A stretch of 64,000 bases of DNA, from contig CAVSHO010000009.1 in NCBI GenBank assembly GCA_963727825.1, positions 224,001 through 288,000 on the forward strand, given 5' to 3'. Positions 62,214 through 64,000 of the stretch are shown piece by piece; positions within the stretch are counted from its first letter, which is position 1; every line of letters begins with the position of its first letter. The DNA comes from Ignavibacteriota bacterium (lineage in GTDB: Bacteria; Bacteroidota; Ignavibacteria; UBA10030). The position numbers were made by a program, and so were the translations under genes. Under the pieces are notes generated by a model. The model had not been told where the DNA came from. It saw only the letters and a list, made by a program, of their open reading frames with translations, and ran no database searches.

Positions 62214-62362
62214 GTTATCAGTTGAATATTTATTATTGAAGATACATTTCCATCAATTCTTTTGCAAGTAAATAGCTCTTGGCTTTGAATTTCTGGAAAG
62301 CTTCATTATCTTATTATTACTTATTTAAATTCCATAAAAAGAAAACCCTTGGAGAAAATAAC

Positions 62363-64000
62363 ATGTCATCAACTTTAGACCAGCTCTGTATCAATACAAT
62401 TCGCACACTTGCAATGGATGGCGTTCAAAAGGCAAAATCCGGGCACCCCGGTATGCCGATGGGTATGGCGCCTGTGGCGTATGTACTTTGGACTAAACAC
62501 CTCAACTATAATCCAGCTAATATGCATTGGCAGAATCGTGACCGCTTCGTTCTTTCCGGCGGACATGGTTCAATGCTGCTGTATAGCCTTCTCTATCTTA
62601 CAGGATATAAAGTCTCTTTGGATGATTTGAAGAGCTTTCGTCAACTTGGAAGTCTGACCCCAGGTCACCCTGAATATGGCCATACTGATGGCGTGGAAGT
62701 CACCACTGGTCCGTTGGGACAAGGATTTACTAACGGTATTGGTATGGCAATTGCTCAGAAGTACCTCGCTGCCCGCTATAATAGACCTGGATTTAAGATT
62801 GTCGATTATAATATTTATGCAACACTTGGCGATGGCGATTTAATGGAGGGTATTACCTCTGAAGCAGCGTCACTTGCCGGGCATTTGCAGCTGGACAATC
62901 TTATTTATATTTACGATGACAATCATATCAGTATTGATGGGCCTACCGAAATAGCATTTACGGAAGACCGCGCGAAACGTTTTGAAGCTTACAACTGGCA
63001 CGTGCAAAAAGTTGATGATGGAAACGATATTGAGGCAATCGACAAGGCAATTCAACTTGCAAAGAAAGAAACTGGACGCCCTTCTATTATAATGGTACGG
63101 ACACACATTGGGTTTGGAAGTCCGAATAAGCAAGACACGGCCGAGGCACACGGAACAGCGCTTGGAGACGAGGAAATTAAATTAACTAAAAAGAACTATG
63201 GATGGGATCCGGAAAAACAGTTCTTTATTCCAGATGAAGCACTGGCACAGTTCCGCAAAGCTCTAGATGAAGGAAAAAAGAAAGAAGACGCTTGGCAAAA
63301 GCTATTTGCGGAATACAAGAAACAAAATCCTGAATTAGCAACAGAGATAGAGAATATCCGCAATGGTAATTTTGGCGAAGCATGGAAGAAAGCATTGCCG
63401 GCATTTACAGATGCGATGGCAACGCGCGAAGCATCAGGCAAGATACTGAATGCCATCGTCCCATTTCTTCCGTCAATAATCGGCGGCTCTGCTGATCTCG
63501 CGCCATCGAATAACACTTTCGTGAAAAGTATGGGTGAGTTTCAACCGGGCAATTACGGCGGACGTTATCTGCGGTACGGCGTACATGAACATGCGATGGG
63601 CGGCATCATGAATGGTATGGCTGTAACGGATGGCCTTATTCCTTACGGCGGAACATTTTTTGTTTTTTCGGATTATATGCGCGGATCAATACGGCTTGCT
63701 TGCATCATGGGCATTCGGCCGATTTATGTTTTCACGCATGATAGTATCGGTGTAGGCGAAGACGGGCCGACGCACGAACCGGTTGAACAGCTTGCAGCAT
63801 TGCGCTGTATTCCAAATATGATTTCTCTGCGTCCATCAGATGCAAACGAAACAGTTGCCGCATGGAAATTTGCAATTGAACATAAAACCGGACCAATCGC
63901 GTTACTGCTAACACGGCAGAAACTGCCGACCATTGATAGAACAAAATATCCTTCAGCGGATAATCTTACAAAGGGGGCATACATTCTCGTCGAGAATTCC
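62363..64000 (+). CDS. tkt: Transketolase (5' part; runs off window)
   Basis: Manual translation: [98 protein letters not shown]. Confidence 0.97.
   Translation, partial: MSSTLDQLCINTIRTLAMDGVQKAKSGHPGMPMGMAPVAYVLWTKHLNYNPANMHWQNRDRFVLSGGHGSMLLYSLLYLTGYKVSLDDLKSFRQLGSLTPGHPEYGHTDGVEVTTGPLGQGFTNGIGMAIAQKYLAARYNRPGFKIVDYNIYATLGDGDLMEGITSEAASLAGHLQLDNLIYIYDDNHISIDGPTEIAFTEDRAKRFEAYNWHVQKVDDGNDIEAIDKAIQLAKKETGRPSIIMVRTHIGFGSPNKQDTAEAHGTALGDEEIKLTKKNYGWDPEKQFFIPDEALAQFRKALDEGKKKEDAWQKLFAEYKKQNPELATEIENIRNGNFGEAWKKALPAFTDAMATREASGKILNAIVPFLPSIIGGSADLAPSNNTFVKSMGEFQPGNYGGRYLRYGVHEHAMGGIMNGMAVTDGLIPYGGTFFVFSDYMRGSIRLACIMGIRPIYVFTHDSIGVGEDGPTHEPVEQLAALRCIPNMISLRPSDANETVAAWKFAIEHKTGPIALLLTRQKLPTIDRTKYPSADNLTKGAYILVENS

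Overview
The window is core chromosome from an FCB-group bacterium, most like Ignavibacteria (inferred from the LxQNYPNPFN type IX secretion C-terminal domains and the overall gene set). It holds about 45 mostly housekeeping genes: queA (partial), ppdK, lpxK/lpxB, smc, glgP, a DEAD-box helicase, M16/M49/HtrA proteases, rsmI-nadE-lat-purB, plsY, ispE, kdsA-kdsC-kdsD-lptC-ostA-lptB-aroF-tyrA, ferritin, pckG, an aminotransferase, metK-ahcY and tkt (partial). It also carries one intact IS3 element (24596-25884) and a small AT-rich block of FG-GAP/T9SS genes. Nine genes, including essential lpxK, lptB and lptC, are broken by single-base indels, which most likely reflects long-read consensus error. 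I saw no rRNA, tRNA or CRISPR array. Four items stand out. (1) A GH2-fold protein has lost both catalytic glutamates, is fused to a multi-pass membrane domain and is translationally coupled to smc, in an operon with an LmtA-like methyltransferase, lpxB and lpxK. (2) Short GC-rich palindromes sit inside other hairpin repeats at four loci, and at two of them excising the insert restores a perfect hairpin. (3) The FG-GAP/T9SS block is bracketed by a duplicated 45-bp copy of the pckG terminator. (4) Long structured leaders precede the DEAD-box helicase and ispE. All calls come from reading the sequence and from recalled family motifs; no searches were run.
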